DNA from: Sporopachydermia quercuum
Lineage: Eukaryota
Direction: 5' to 3'
Assembly: GCA_001599295.1 (NCBI GenBank)
Contig: BCGN01000003.1
Span: 186,001-250,000, forward strand
Length of the DNA: 64,000 bases
The position numbers and the translations under genes were made by a program. Of this stretch, positions 22,401 through 35,331 are shown one piece after another. The number at the start of each line of letters is the position of its first letter. Within the stretch, counting starts at the first letter, position 1. The notes below the pieces were generated by a model, which was not told the origin of the DNA, did no database searches, and was given only the letters and a program-made list of their open reading frames with translations.

Positions 22401-24496
22401 TATCGGATTATCATTATGTGAATGGAGTGTCTAGGAGGATACGCTGACGAAAGTAGAGAAAAGATAAGAAGAGACAAAAAATTGTATATTATGTTGGACA
22501 AGACTGCAAGAGCGAGTATTATAAGTAGAAACAGTGAGAACCATGTTGTAGGGTCTAATGAGTAATATTGATTACAATGATTATGTTTCTTAAAGGTAAA
22601 ACTCTATTATAAAGTAATACTATCCTGACGGAAAACAAGAAACTGAAATAAGTAAGCATTTGATTATAGTACATCTGTGTGTAACTAAAAAGGGTATAAT
22701 TTACTTCAAACAAATTATTAGCTGATGAAATTGTTGTCAGAACTATGCCAGAAGCCAATGCATACATAAACTGTCCAATGCTTAGCCAGCATTTCATTTT
22801 AAGTAATTTAAATAGAGAAAAATGGCTACAGGCTCACTTGGGAATTAAAGTACAATGAAAATGTTTTGCCAGCTTTTATACTGTAGGTCTAAGTTCTATA
22901 TGAGCCATAATTCTATTCACTGAGAGAAGACCACAAGACAGAAAATAAAGCCAACAGTATAAGAAGCATTTTTCTTGTCACAGGAGACAATAAAACTTTT
23001 TCTCTAAGATTGAAATTCTTGTTTTCTAACTGCTAAAGAATCCAACAGAACCAATTAGAAACAGAACACCGAATTGGTTTTCCAATAGCAGCAATACAAT
23101 GCGGAGTTTTGTACAATATTACCATTTGCAAGAGTAAAAAAGAAAATGACTCACGGTTTTCTTACAGTCCCAGAACTCTGATTAGTAGTGTACCATAATC
23201 TGAACCAATAAACGCAATGTGTTTTTCAGCGCAGATCATTCATACTAAAGCTCTTGCGCTGGCTAAAGTTTATCCAGCTTCTTATAACCTAACTTACGAT
23301 ATTTCATTTAGGTAGATTAATATTTTTTCAAAGTTAAATTAAATGAAATATTGAAACCAAGCCTGTTTATTTCAACTAGCCTTCCAATTATCTGAGGATA
23401 TTGGCCATATCGTAGCATCTAGAAGCAACGAATACATTCTGTACATTCCATGGACTCAACTTATGAAGAAAGGTTAAGCGTAGGGATATCTCAATAATTT
23501 CTACTCTAACCACACAAGTGAATCCAAGCATCAAAAACTGTACTCAAAGCAACTGGAAAAGACTTCCGCTAAGATGTATTTACTCATTTAAGTAAGTATT
23601 TAACAGCCGTTGATGCGAAACGTTGATTTCTCGACTCACATGACTCACACGACTCAAGTACCTGCATATGTAAGACTATAACCTTATGAAAACGGGTATT
23701 TTTTACAAGTCATAGAAGTCATAGCCATTGAAGCTTATCTGGAAGACTCATACGATTGATATAAACTTCCTAATAAATCAAAAAGAAAAACTCTGATACT
23801 CTCGTTCTCTACGGTGATTGGTTGAACCTTGTTTTAGATTATGTGTCTACTGAAAAATTTGTGGAAGAATTTTAAGGTTAGGGGTAACTTTGTCTAATTT
23901 CCCTGACATTTCCTATTAGCACTTTAACCATTACCATCCATTTTATCGCTGTTCCATTTGCTCTCGATAGTCTATTCTTTAATTAGGTGTCAGAGATATC
24001 AATGAGATGTTTCTTTGATGCTTTTCTTACCAACTAACGTTTATTATTCATACGTCAGTTTTGATTACCCTTTTGCTTTCGTCTCTTCGCTTTTCACAAC
24101 TGCGAGGATCATTCATTCAATACATCTTTAACACATCAGCAATCGTTTTATAAAACAGGCATAGTTTGGATTAAGGAGACGCCCGGTAATATTTTTTCTA
24201 GTAAAGTTAAAATTTCATACGAAACTGGTAATTGAATATCTAAGGTTCATTACTAGAGTAAAGTATAATAGTTTGTTGGAAATATAAGAAACTAGTGACT
24301 GAATTAGACTGTCGCGGAAGACTATAAATTAAAGAGTCAACCCTGCTATCTTGTATTTTCTGTCAATCATCATCAAATTGGAAGAAATTTCATCAAGAAG
24401 CAAAAGACTATTCATTATACCGAGTAGCAAAAGTTGGGAATACCTCCAGACATTCAGCTATATATCTTTCATATCATATAACGCTCTCCAGCAATA

Positions 24497-26044
24497 ATGT
24501 CTTCGTCTAGCTCATCTATTGATGATCTACCGAAAGGTAACAAAATCAGCGTCGATGATGACCATTTTGAAGAAATTGAAGCTGGAACTGAAGTAGCCAC
24601 TGAAAAAGAATTAGATCGTATTTACAGGAAACTTGATTTAAGAATCATTCCTGCTTTATGGTGTCTATACTTTCTACAATCATATGGTAGTTCTGCCTAT
24701 GGAGTATCAATGACAATGAACAGCGAAAAGGGTAATTCTTTGATTCAACAATTAAATCTGACAAGCCATGACACTTCTACCGCTTCTGCTTTATACTACG
24801 TTGGTTATATCCTCTTTGATGTTCCAATGAACTTGATCATGACCAAAGTTGCTCCTCAAGCCTGGTTGAGTAGAATTATAACTACTGTTGGTATACTCTA
24901 CGCTTGCTATGCAGCTCTATCAAATGCTGGTGGTCTCATTGCTGTTAGATTCCTAACTGGTATCTGCGGTGCTGGCACTTGGCCTGGTATGGCTTATTAT
25001 ATTTCTCTATGGTATCCACATTATCGGACTGCCAAGAGAATTGGTTATTATTTCACTGCTGCTCAACTATCAGCTGCTGCTTCCGGCCTTATTTCTGCTG
25101 GTTTCCAGAAAATGGACGAAGACAGAGGATTAACTGGATTCCAATGGATGTTTCTGATCTACGGATGCGTCACTATTACCTGTGGTATCTCTTTATTATG
25201 GTGGTTACCTGATAGGCCTTTCAAGAACGATCAACCAACTTCATTTGTTGGTAGAGCTTTTGCTAAGTTGTGTCCTCCCCAGATCCCTCCTTTGAAATCT
25301 GAGTCCGATCGCGAGAAACATAGAGCCGATATAAGACAGCGATATGTCAATGTTAATTGGGGTATCAAAGACCTATGGACAGTTTTGAGGGACCCTAGAA
25401 TTTGGCCTTTGATTATGATGTATTTCGGTGTAGTTGGCACTGGGTATGGACTTGCAGTGTTTGGTACAACTATCATCAAAGTGAACAATCCATCTCTGAG
25501 CTCTATCAATATTTCCTTACTGTATGCTCCTATTTGGCTGTGTGATTTGGCAGGAATTCTATTGGTGACTCCTATTGCTGACAAGTTCAAGAAAAGAAGA
25601 GATTTGATATTCTGCCTATCAACGTGCGTTATTATTGTCGGTTTGATCGTTGCTACATTCGCCAAAGGTTCCTGGGGCCGATATGTTGGATTATTGGTTT
25701 GCGGGTTTGGCTTGGGACCTACTGTTCCAATTACTATGACTTTGACATCTGAGATATTTGTTGCCAGACATGGTGATATTGGTAGTGCTGCTAGTCTAGC
25801 TCTTGTTTCAGGTCTAGGTAACTTGGGTACTGTCACTTCAACTTATGCTTTGTTTACTGGATGGCCCAGCGATAGGGCGAATAGGTATAGAAATAGTAAT
25901 ATGGTGCTAGTTGGAATGCTTGCATTTAGTATATTTTCGGCTATTTGTTGCACTCTGTTGAGAAAGTATCTAGGAGATTTTGATGAAGCAACAAATGGAA
26001 GTGGAAATGGTGAAACCAAGAAGGAAGAGCAGCTTGGATTCTGA
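24497..26044 (+). CDS. MFS transporter, anion:cation symporter (Dal5/Tna1/Thi73-like) family
   Basis: 515 aa with about 12 hydrophobic segments; RKLDLRIIP, YISLWY, GLTGFQWMFLIYG and WLPD family motifs. Confidence 0.88.
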   Translation: MSSSSSSIDDLPKGNKISVDDDHFEEIEAGTEVATEKELDRIYRKLDLRIIPALWCLYFLQSYGSSAYGVSMTMNSEKGNSLIQQLNLTSHDTSTASALYYVGYILFDVPMNLIMTKVAPQAWLSRIITTVGILYACYAALSNAGGLIAVRFLTGICGAGTWPGMAYYISLWYPHYRTAKRIGYYFTAAQLSAAASGLISAGFQKMDEDRGLTGFQWMFLIYGCVTITCGISLLWWLPDRPFKNDQPTSFVGRAFAKLCPPQIPPLKSESDREKHRADIRQRYVNVNWGIKDLWTVLRDPRIWPLIMMYFGVVGTGYGLAVFGTTIIKVNNPSLSSINISLLYAPIWLCDLAGILLVTPIADKFKKRRDLIFCLSTCVIIVGLIVATFAKGSWGRYVGLLVCGFGLGPTVPITMTLTSEIFVARHGDIGSAASLALVSGLGNLGTVTSTYALFTGWPSDRANRYRNSNMVLVGMLAFSIFSAICCTLLRKYLGDFDEATNGSGNGETKKEEQLGF

Positions 26045-26743
26045 TACTTCAAGTTTGAAGTATAGATAGTAAAGTAAATAGGAAGCCAAGTAGTAGAAAA
26101 GTAGTTATCATGACTAATGAATAAATAATAACATATATGATTGAATAATAATGACATTTTGCACAACTGTTTAATGACTTATTTGAGAGTTATGCTTACA
26201 GTCAAATGAAGTGAAATCCTACGACATACATACATACATTCATTAAGGTATTCTAATGCTATCGTGTTATTCGCTTTTATTTACAGTAATCTTACTGATT
26301 ACATATAGATCAGTTGATAATATAATAGTGAACTAAATATATTGCTATGTGTCGAAGTATAACATATATATATATATATCATAGGCCATAGTATTGTTGA
26401 TTGATATTGCCATCTGAATCATTAATGAACTTTGGATATTTCTATTTTCAATTTCATTTTAATATAAAATACTATTTGATCATGAATAAGATTATAAGCC
26501 TACTGAAGATTGTTATATTTCAATCTTAGTGGTANCCTACTTGATATTCTCTGTGGATTAGTATATTTCACCTTTAGTCTTGTAGCATATATACAAATAA
26601 ATGCATCTATACGACAATATGCAACATANTATATTACATATCAAATATAAACTACTGCTTTGTACAATTCTATCAACAATACAACTGAAAAACTTGTATT
26701 CAGTGTCTTATAGAATACTCCTCCTACCTCCTTTTCTACCGCT

Positions 26744-28151
26744 TCATGGTTGAGCCACTTTAACAGATGTACCACCTTGCTTAGCACTTGATAATGCTGC
26801 ATCGATAATAGCCAAATGATGGAAAGCCTTTCTCACAGGAACAACTATCAATGACTTATCCTTCTTACTTAAAACCTCGTAGATGTTCTCATACTCAGCT
26901 ATAACACCATTAGTCTTCTTATCTTCCCCCTGGACCTCAATTATTTGAGCTTCACCAGCNTTCTGCTTGCTATCTCCTTCTTGGAGATTAATAGTAGGTT
27001 CTTTGCCAAATGCCCCATAGTCATATACAATTGACCCATTGGTACCAAATATTTGTATAAACTTCTTTTTCTCACAGGCACCATAAGTCGAGCAGTATGA
27101 ATAGTTTCCAATTACTCCAGATTTCAGCTTCATAGTAGCATACAGCATATCATCTGTACCAGATGTCTCTTGGAGCTGTCTGGTGTATCCAGCAACAGAT
27201 TCAACTTCTCCTAACAGTTCTGTAATAATAGTAACCTCGTGAACACCACCGTCTGAAATATAACCTCCAATATGTTTTGGATGAAGTCTCCAGCTTGTTC
27301 CCAGGTACTTTGACCCTTTATCGTAAGGGCCTGATGATTGATGGATGAATCCAACGACAGATCCAATNTTGGGCAATANTTTTTTAGCTTCAGCCAAGCT
27401 TTTCTTGAAGGCGAAATTCTCCATCACGAAAACAGGTGTATCAGGATATTTGTCAGCTGTAGAAATAATTTCTCTTGCTTTGTCAATGGTGATAGCAATA
27501 GGCTTTTCAATAGCAATTGGTTTGCCAGCAGAGAGAGCTTTCTCCACAACAGTTACATTCTCCTCAGTAGGAAGAACCGATACGACGAATTCAACATCTG
27601 GACTGCTGATGATATCGTCAACAGAGTCCAGAACGTTTGCTTCTGGAATATTTGCTTTCTTGGCGAATTCGATTGCTCTAGATTTTGTTCTGTTGGAGCA
27701 AGCGACAAGGGTGAATTTGTCAGAATCAGCCTGGATGGCAGGCAGATGATTATTGGTAGCGAAAATCTACAAGAAGACATGTTAGTAGAGGAATAGGAAT
27801 AGAATAGTGAGCACCAAGGATTAGTCATATTAATAGTTTAGAAAGCAGGAGATTCACTAATCAAGCAAGTCTAGATAGAGACATAGATCTACTGGTTGAT
27901 TGGTGAGACTATCGAAAAAGAACAGCAAGAACTGAATCGACTGAATTAATAGATCACAACAAACAAAGTATAGAAAACCAGNGCCGCAATCAACAATTCC
28001 CAAAATGCAATCAGCTGATTCAATCAAATATCTAATTGAAATTCCTTATAATCAAAAATAAAACTAATCCAATCCACCTGATACGCCAAAGCCTATGAGT
28101 CCTTTGAACACTTACACCCGTTCCNGCAATTCCTGTTTTAATTGGAGCCAT
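26744..28151 (-). CDS. Gfo/Idh/MocA oxidoreductase (YMR315W-like) paralogue A; exons 28151-28116, 27766-26744
   Basis: MAPIKTGIAGTG|IFATNNHLP...NRTKSRA...IEKPIA...GGYISDGGVH. Intron GTAAGT..TACTAAC..TAG, 349 nt. Confidence 0.9.
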
Positions 28152-29293
28152 TTTGAATATAAAGAGGGAAGAAAATGTTTATTAGTTAAATATCTTCTTG
28201 ATAGAGTTGAAATTGATATACCTATCAATTGATGATTGATCGGTATCAAATAGTGTAACCAGAGGTTGAAGGGCAAGCAGCCAGATCAATTGAGTTTGAG
28301 AGATCAACGAAGTAGCGAGCAGAGGAACAATTGAATGATTTGTCAGTCCAGTTGTTAAATACTTCAGTTGAACAGTTAAATCAAACAACCTAGTTATGAA
28401 TACTAAGTAATTTATGAGTAACAGGATAAGTTAATAGGAGATGAGTTGTCATTAGAAGAAAGAATGGAATGATGAAATATAAAGCGAACTTCGTAGAAAT
28501 AATGGTAAGAAAAAGGATAAATAAAGTTTGGGTTAGATTTAAAGTTTGGCAGGCAGAAATGCTTAAATTTGATCCTGACAAATAGTCCATGGTGATATTA
28601 GGTAGAAGTGTGTTTAGATATGGTTGATTCAAAGTAATGTAGAAGTAACTTGTAGCGCAGAAAAAAGCTCGAGACCGATCCAGTCAATGGATAATTGTTT
28701 GATTTCCGGAGTAAAACCAGCCGATTTGGTGATAAATACAAGGATGGGTTAGTGAAGGAAGGTAGTTCCGCAGTGGATGCACATATATATGCCCATAGAT
28801 TTACCCAAGTATGACAAATATATGGGAAAATATAAATGTACTGCAAGACCATTCTTCTACGGGTAATTAATGTCATTGGAGTTATCTGTGGCATATATAG
28901 ACTGTTTCCGTACATTCCGTTGTTTATTATATTTATGCACAATACTCTAATAAATAGCGCTACATTTTACTGTTCTTTTGTTGACATGTTCTTGAAACAT
29001 TAAGCCCATAAAGCGTTATACAACTGACAGTAAACAATTAAGTTCAGCATGGCGATGACATATTCAAGACACACATAAAACATACATAGTATATAAAACC
29101 TTATTCCAGAGCTCATTACGCTTACTGTTTCGCCGTATTCACAGTTGATCAANTCTTTTCCTAATTTTTTCATTTAATTCAATTGAACAAGTCTAAGCCT
29201 TATCTAGGCCTAATATTTACTATTTAGCAGAAGCTACTAACCACCTGAAAAAGGATATACAATCTCAAACTCGTCTCATGTTCATATCCATGA

Positions 29294-30355
29294 TTATGGC
29301 TTGACAACTGATACATATGCTCCATCTGCTCTTGAACTATCGACGATTGCATTGATCACCGCATAATGATGGAAAGGCTTTTCAATGGGAAGTTTCAATT
29401 TAGACTTGTCATTCGAAGAAATCGGATCATATAGAGCTTTAAATTCATTCTTAACACCAACCCAGTCATAGTCCTCATCCACTAACCTGTAAACAGTTGT
29501 TGGTGATAGTTCAGACGTATTAGGTCCAGTCGTAAGCCTAATACTAGGTACTTCAGGAGGATCTTGAGGATACTCGTAGACAATTGATCCTTCTAATCCG
29601 AAGACTTGCAGTCTATTCACAGGTTCACAGCCACCAAAACAACCGCCAAATTGAACTTGACCTACAACGCCTGATTCCATTTTGAAGGTAGCAAAGAATG
29701 TATCAGGAGAGCTTGATGTGGGTCTTAGCTCTTCAGTTACAGCCGACACTGATTTCACATTGCCAAGAATCTCTGTTAATAACGCAATCTCATGAACACC
29801 GGCATCAGCAATAACGCCACCAACATGATGGGGATTTGCCCTCCAACCAGTTGCTAAATATTTATTGGTATCGCAGTATGTAGTGGTGATTTGGTGAGTG
29901 AAACCAACTATCTTACCAATCTTTGGTAAAAGAGAGCGAGTTTTTTCCACACCTTGAAAATGAGCCCAATTTTCAAGGACCATAACAGGAATTGATGTAG
30001 AGTTTACCAGATCAACTATTTTCTTTGCTTCCTGTAAATTGGCAGAAATTGGTTTCTCTAGCACAATCGGTTTACCTGCTTTGATGCAGGCTTCAACCAC
30101 TTGATAGTTGAACTCCACAGGTAACAAAGCATCGATTAACTCTACTTCAGAATCACTTAGCAACGAATCAAGGTCATCATATACTTTATCAGGGTTGATT
30201 CCTGCTTTTGCAGCAAATATCTCAGCTTTGCTTTTCGTTCTATTATAGCAAGCAACTACTTGGTACTGATCAGGTAGTTCCTTCAACACTGGTACGTGTC
30301 TGTCTCTGGCGAAGATACCAGTACCAACAATACCTACTTTGATAGCTTTGCCCAT
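29294..30355 (-). CDS. Gfo/Idh/MocA oxidoreductase (YMR315W-like) paralogue B, intronless
   Basis: VGIVGTGIFARDRHVP, NRTKSKA, LEKPIS, GGVIADAGVH. Confidence 0.92.
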   Translation of the reverse strand: MGKAIKVGIVGTGIFARDRHVPVLKELPDQYQVVACYNRTKSKAEIFAAKAGINPDKVYDDLDSLLSDSEVELIDALLPVEFNYQVVEACIKAGKPIVLEKPISANLQEAKKIVDLVNSTSIPVMVLENWAHFQGVEKTRSLLPKIGKIVGFTHQITTTYCDTNKYLATGWRANPHHVGGVIADAGVHEIALLTEILGNVKSVSAVTEELRPTSSSPDTFFATFKMESGVVGQVQFGGCFGGCEPVNRLQVFGLEGSIVYEYPQDPPEVPSIRLTTGPNTSELSPTTVYRLVDEDYDWVGVKNEFKALYDPISSNDKSKLKLPIEKPFHHYAVINAIVDSSRADGAYVSVVKP

Positions 30356-32082
30356 GATGATTCAATTTGAACTGATATTAGGAAAGAGCAAAAATTCCTT
30401 TGTTTCTATTTTTCTAGAGTAAATATAAAGTGTTTATGATAAGAAAACCAATCCTTCTTTTCTCCCTTTCTTTCCTTCTTTTTACAATAATACTTTCAAG
30501 GCTTCTTTCCTCTATTTAAATACATTTACAACTTGCTCCATAAGTGTGGGGACGTCACACATCAATTGAGCCGTCAATTGAGCCGTGAATATGTACAGTA
30601 AACTATTCATAAGTTCAATACTAGCAATTTCCATCTATCTCTTCACCCTTATTCTTTTTACCCTGTTAATAACCTTGATTCAATTGCTATCGTAAATTGC
30701 AATAAATAGTCCCTGACAAATGAGATTTCCTTTCCTATTTAGTCAATTAGGAGTGGGACAAATACCCGAGCCGAATTGAGCCAATGCTGTTGAAACTGAA
30801 GGAAGAGATATAATGAATAAGCTAGTGAGGTTTGGGATAGTAGAGCTATTAGTGATTATAATAGAAGATTAGAATTAACACAGTGTTTATATTATTTGTT
30901 TCTTTAAGATTGATAACGATTTATTAACGATTGACTGAAGAGGATTGTCCTGTTAAATGTCTGTAAATGGAGATTAGCAAATTCAAAAGAAGCAACCCAA
31001 TTAGGAAACAGATCCGGGGTCGAAGAATTGTGTGGGGATTCTCTATGACGTAAGTTTTAATTAGTTGGGATTATGAAGATCGAACGAAACAAAACTTAGG
31101 GAACATAGAAGGTTCCAATCAATCTGCGAAAAAGGGTGTTGTGTTGATTTAATATTTTAAATGTTGTAAATATTCAGTTTTTTGATATTATAATTGCGAA
31201 GCTGAAATTCCAGTTCACGTAGGACAGTTTTGATGGTCAAAGGTGTCGCGCGGGTCAAGCTCTTTGGCTTTTTCCAGACATACATAGACTTGCATCCATC
31301 ATCTACCCCATATTCAACTCTCAATAAACATTTCACACTCCTCAAGTACCTCCGCCACTCAGAAGCAGAAATACATAGTTCTTTAGTAAGTCAAACTCCT
31401 TAGTCAATATTCATAAACTGCTGATTCTCATATTTTCTGTTTATTCAAAAATATACCAACTCGCAGATGTGGGAACTCTTTTCCTTTTCTCCTTCTATGC
31501 ATAATTATGCACGTCCCTGCATTAATAACATGCTCATGTACTTGACCGTTCTGAACTCAACTCAAATTATAGCGTCACTGTTTAATCATTTCTCCAACTC
31601 CTCAACGCCAAATCATACCAAATCATCCATTGAATATAAATCCTTTAAACTGGTTTATATATTAATTATTACATTCCGAACTCAACATTTTCATCTCTAT
31701 CATCTTATCATAAGCATTTGATTGAAACCGTTTAATAGCACTTCGTTCCTTTTGCCGTATATATTCCTATAGCTATTTCCTCATGAATTGCTACACTTCA
31801 CGTGGTTGAAAATTTCTTGCTATTTAAGTCATCAGCGACTAGTATCAAAGAATCAACCACAAAATCTACCAGATAGATTAAATCTGAGCAATGCGAAGAC
31901 AACAATCTTAAATTTCATTAATAACAAAAAAACTTCATAAGAAAACCACGTAGAAAGAAAACTAAATTAATAACAAAGTAAAAACAACCATTAAGGGAAG
32001 ATGTTTTCCCGTAGAATTACACAAGTCAACACGAAAGGTATGAAACAACTATTTTCACAGATCGTATTGATACATTAACTGA

Positions 32083-32541
32083 TTAATTACCGCTACCAGA
32101 AATAGTTGTTTTGAGCTTTGACCAGATACCGTTGTCCTCGTCATGATCAGCCTTCTTACCATGTCTCGCTGAGGTGGATCTTGATTTGGATCTTGACTTT
32201 GATCGTAATCTTGCTTGTTCTCTCGAAGTAACAGTAGTTAATTCATCACCTTCTTTGTAAACAACGTTCCCTGCGCCACCACGTCCAACGGAGTAAGTTT
32301 TTGGTTCTGTTTGGAGAGCTTGTTCAGCTTCAGCTAAATATTGCTCAGGAGTTTGAACATCACCCATCTCTGAGACCCTATGAACATTGCCTGCTCCTCC
32401 TCTTCCTGACCGGAAAACTTGATTTGGTGATGTGAAAGTTTGAACTGGAGCCAATGTTGTATCAATTTCTTCAGGATCTAATTTTGGTGATACAGCAACA
32501 TTTCCTGCTCCTCCTCTTCCAAATGTTCGATAGTTTGTCAT
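32083..32541 (-). CDS. PAR32: Par32/DUF3602-family protein
   Basis: Three GRGGAGNV repeats, characteristic of Par32/Amu1. Confidence 0.78.
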   Translation of the reverse strand: MTNYRTFGRGGAGNVAVSPKLDPEEIDTTLAPVQTFTSPNQVFRSGRGGAGNVHRVSEMGDVQTPEQYLAEAEQALQTEPKTYSVGRGGAGNVVYKEGDELTTVTSREQARLRSKSRSKSRSTSARHGKKADHDEDNGIWSKLKTTISGSGN

Positions 32542-35331
32542 TATGCTATTCTTTGTTTATATATCTTCCCAATGGTACGGTGATGTGAGTTGCGCCTTAT
32601 TAGTTATGGTGTCTGCTATAGATTATTCTGATAATGATGCCAAAATCTAAGCATATAAATCTTTCCAATAGAACATCTACTTCTCATGTAGTTACTCTAT
32701 CAAATATATTTAATCTAAATTATATTTTCCTTGCTTCTTTTCCCTCTTTTCCCTCTAGTTTGTTTTTCCTTCCGGGCTTTCAAGGTCTGAAAATTCTCTC
32801 CCTGACAAGAACCACTTCAGTATTTATAATGATGATATTTAAACTTTGTCAGGCATCAGAATAGAGTTTGAAGAACGTTGGCTTAAAATTAAACACCCCT
32901 ATAAACTTAATTAGAGTTATATTACCTTATTTTCGCCTTGCTGTGGTAATTTCCTTCTCTATTTCCTTAGACAATGGGAAGAGGAGATGGTGGATGATGA
33001 TCTGAGAGAAAGCTGACCGCTTTAGTGTACAGAACTAGAATAACAAGCTTGACTTGACTATGGAAATTGAATATGAGTGTTGGGATTTGGCTTGTATCTT
33101 CTCGATGCCTGGTGTTTTTCAGGAAATAGTTAGAACTGGTGTGTAATGAAGAATATTCCGATTGTGGGAAAGTGAGTGAATAGGAGTGATCCTACGAGGC
33201 TTGGCTATGAATGGGGAGAAATTAAGAGATTGGTTCAGATCGATTGGAGGGACCTGCAAATTCAATTTAAAGTAGGTGAAAACTTATGTGGAATAAGCGA
33301 AAGAAGGAGCTAAAATGACAGGGCTGTGAAAATTTATAACTAGTGTTTATGAAAGATTTTTGTTCCATCAGTGATAGAAGAAGAATATCACACTTTACCC
33401 ATTGTATAGATAGTATGCTAGCAAACTATTGCACTGTGAATCAAAATAATTAAAATACTGGAGAAGTAAAAAACTAACAAATACTAACTGTGTATCTACT
33501 ATCTACAATAAAGCCATTGGCACTCTTTCCAATTTGCTTTCTGTTCTTTCTCTTTACTTTTCCATCCATCCATTCATTCTTCGTGCTTCTCAAGCCTTTC
33601 TATACAATTTTCTCATACAAAATATTTTTTTCTTCCTCCAAGGTCATGGAGAATCCAAAAAAGGTTAAGGTTCTCTACCATACAGAGAAATCTAACTTTA
33701 TTCTCGTGTTTAATCAAGCTGATTATGGCTGACCTTGCTCCCGTTCAATTACTCATAGTCAAGAGATAAATTAATAGAAGGTTCATTTTCAAGTTAAAGC
33801 TTGCCAATATTTCTGGGCAGTTGATGAAATTTTCAGTTAATTCAAATATGGCTGCTGAAATTGCCGACGTAAACCGGCATCCATTAGATGATTCCAATAC
33901 GATTCGCACACCAAACTCTACTGTCATCATCATCATTCAATGCTTGGCAAGGGTGAACAGTAACAAGCAGTTGTAGGTTCAGCTGTTTATAGTAGAGTAC
34001 AAACTGAAAAAAGTAGTAACAACAGATTCACCTACATTTACGCACTATCTTAGTAGGAAACATACTCTTCTTTCACGTTCCTACAGTCTGATCCTTGAGT
34101 TGTTTGAAATGTTTCTTTCTGCAATTCTTAATTGGATTGTTCTCCGGTCAAACTCTATATGCACGAGTCTAACTTTAATTTGTCCTAAAGCCTGAAATCT
34201 GGGGAATGCCTAAGCTGAAAGATTTCCTTCATTTCGTCAATACTGCATATGTGGACGCATAAATAAGAAAGATTGGTACTATAATGTATAGCACTTCCTT
34301 TCAATTTGCCGAAAATCCATATATTATTTACTTAGGACATTTAAAACTCTCACAGATCAACTCTTCGTTTTCTTCTCCTTCTCATTTTCCTGATTTGAAA
34401 AAGAAGGTGGCTGTTCTGGATTCTATGCCCAGTAGAAAATACCACCTTTGACTTTAACTAATATTCTTGGACCATTGAATGNTCTTGACATACATTTAGA
34501 GTATTAGGTTTTATCTTGGTTATAGATATTTACATTTTTCAACGGTCTTCAATGTCTATCTATTCCCAGAGATTAAGAGCTAAGCTCCGCTGCGAAATCT
34601 CCAGAGCAAGAAAAGTCGGNACGATTTCTGATTATGTGATATGAAAATGACAGTTGTTGTTNCTCTGACGGCTCAACTACTGCCGTAATGTTGATGGAAA
34701 CAACACATTGACTATCTTCCNCTAATTCAAGGCAAAGAGAACAAAACAAAAGATCTTAATCAACACAAATCCACTAACTTCTCAGCTCTTCTCCTTCTAA
34801 TATTCAACAAAAACAATCACATACATTGTCCCTTGGCTCTTTCTTAAACCCCACTCCACGTACCAGGCACACCATGCACATCTTCTGTACCCTAATGCAT
34901 AATCCTGTACCCCTCCATGTACTCCGCTAATTATTTCCAAATATGGAACCAACTCAATATCACATGCCGCTACATGCATATAACTCAAACCTTAGTCATC
35001 ATAACTCAAAAATCACCTCCTTCTTCCTATCAACTTTTTGCAGTTTTTCTATCTTTCTGTTGTTCTAATTACGCCGATCAACTAGCTCTCCTGTTTATTT
35101 GGCCTTGTATTTAGACATTTGATTACTACAAAAGTTTCACAATTTGATTATTCAGTGGCATAGGCTTATAGAACAAACTCATAGCAGGTCAATGCAGAAT
35201 TTGCTCCAGAAAGACTATTCAGCAATCCCCACATTTCATCCAGCATACATTCTCTCACTGGGTGAAACATCTGCTATGACTATTCTAACTNGTCTATGAT
35301 AGCTGCTGAATTTAACCATTTGATATAAATC

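Noticed and set aside
23592..24058. Possible 5'UTR intron (GTAAGT..AACTAAC..CAG) or TPP riboswitch upstream of the MFS gene
   Set aside because: A TATAAA at ~24323 suggests a proximal start site, and I found no TPP aptamer core.
33646..33732. MENPKKVKVLYHTEKSNFILVF, faintly like the Rtc3/SBDS N-terminus, with TACTAAC at 33482
   Set aside because: It stops after 28 codons, has no recognisable continuation, and no convincing donor/acceptor pair.
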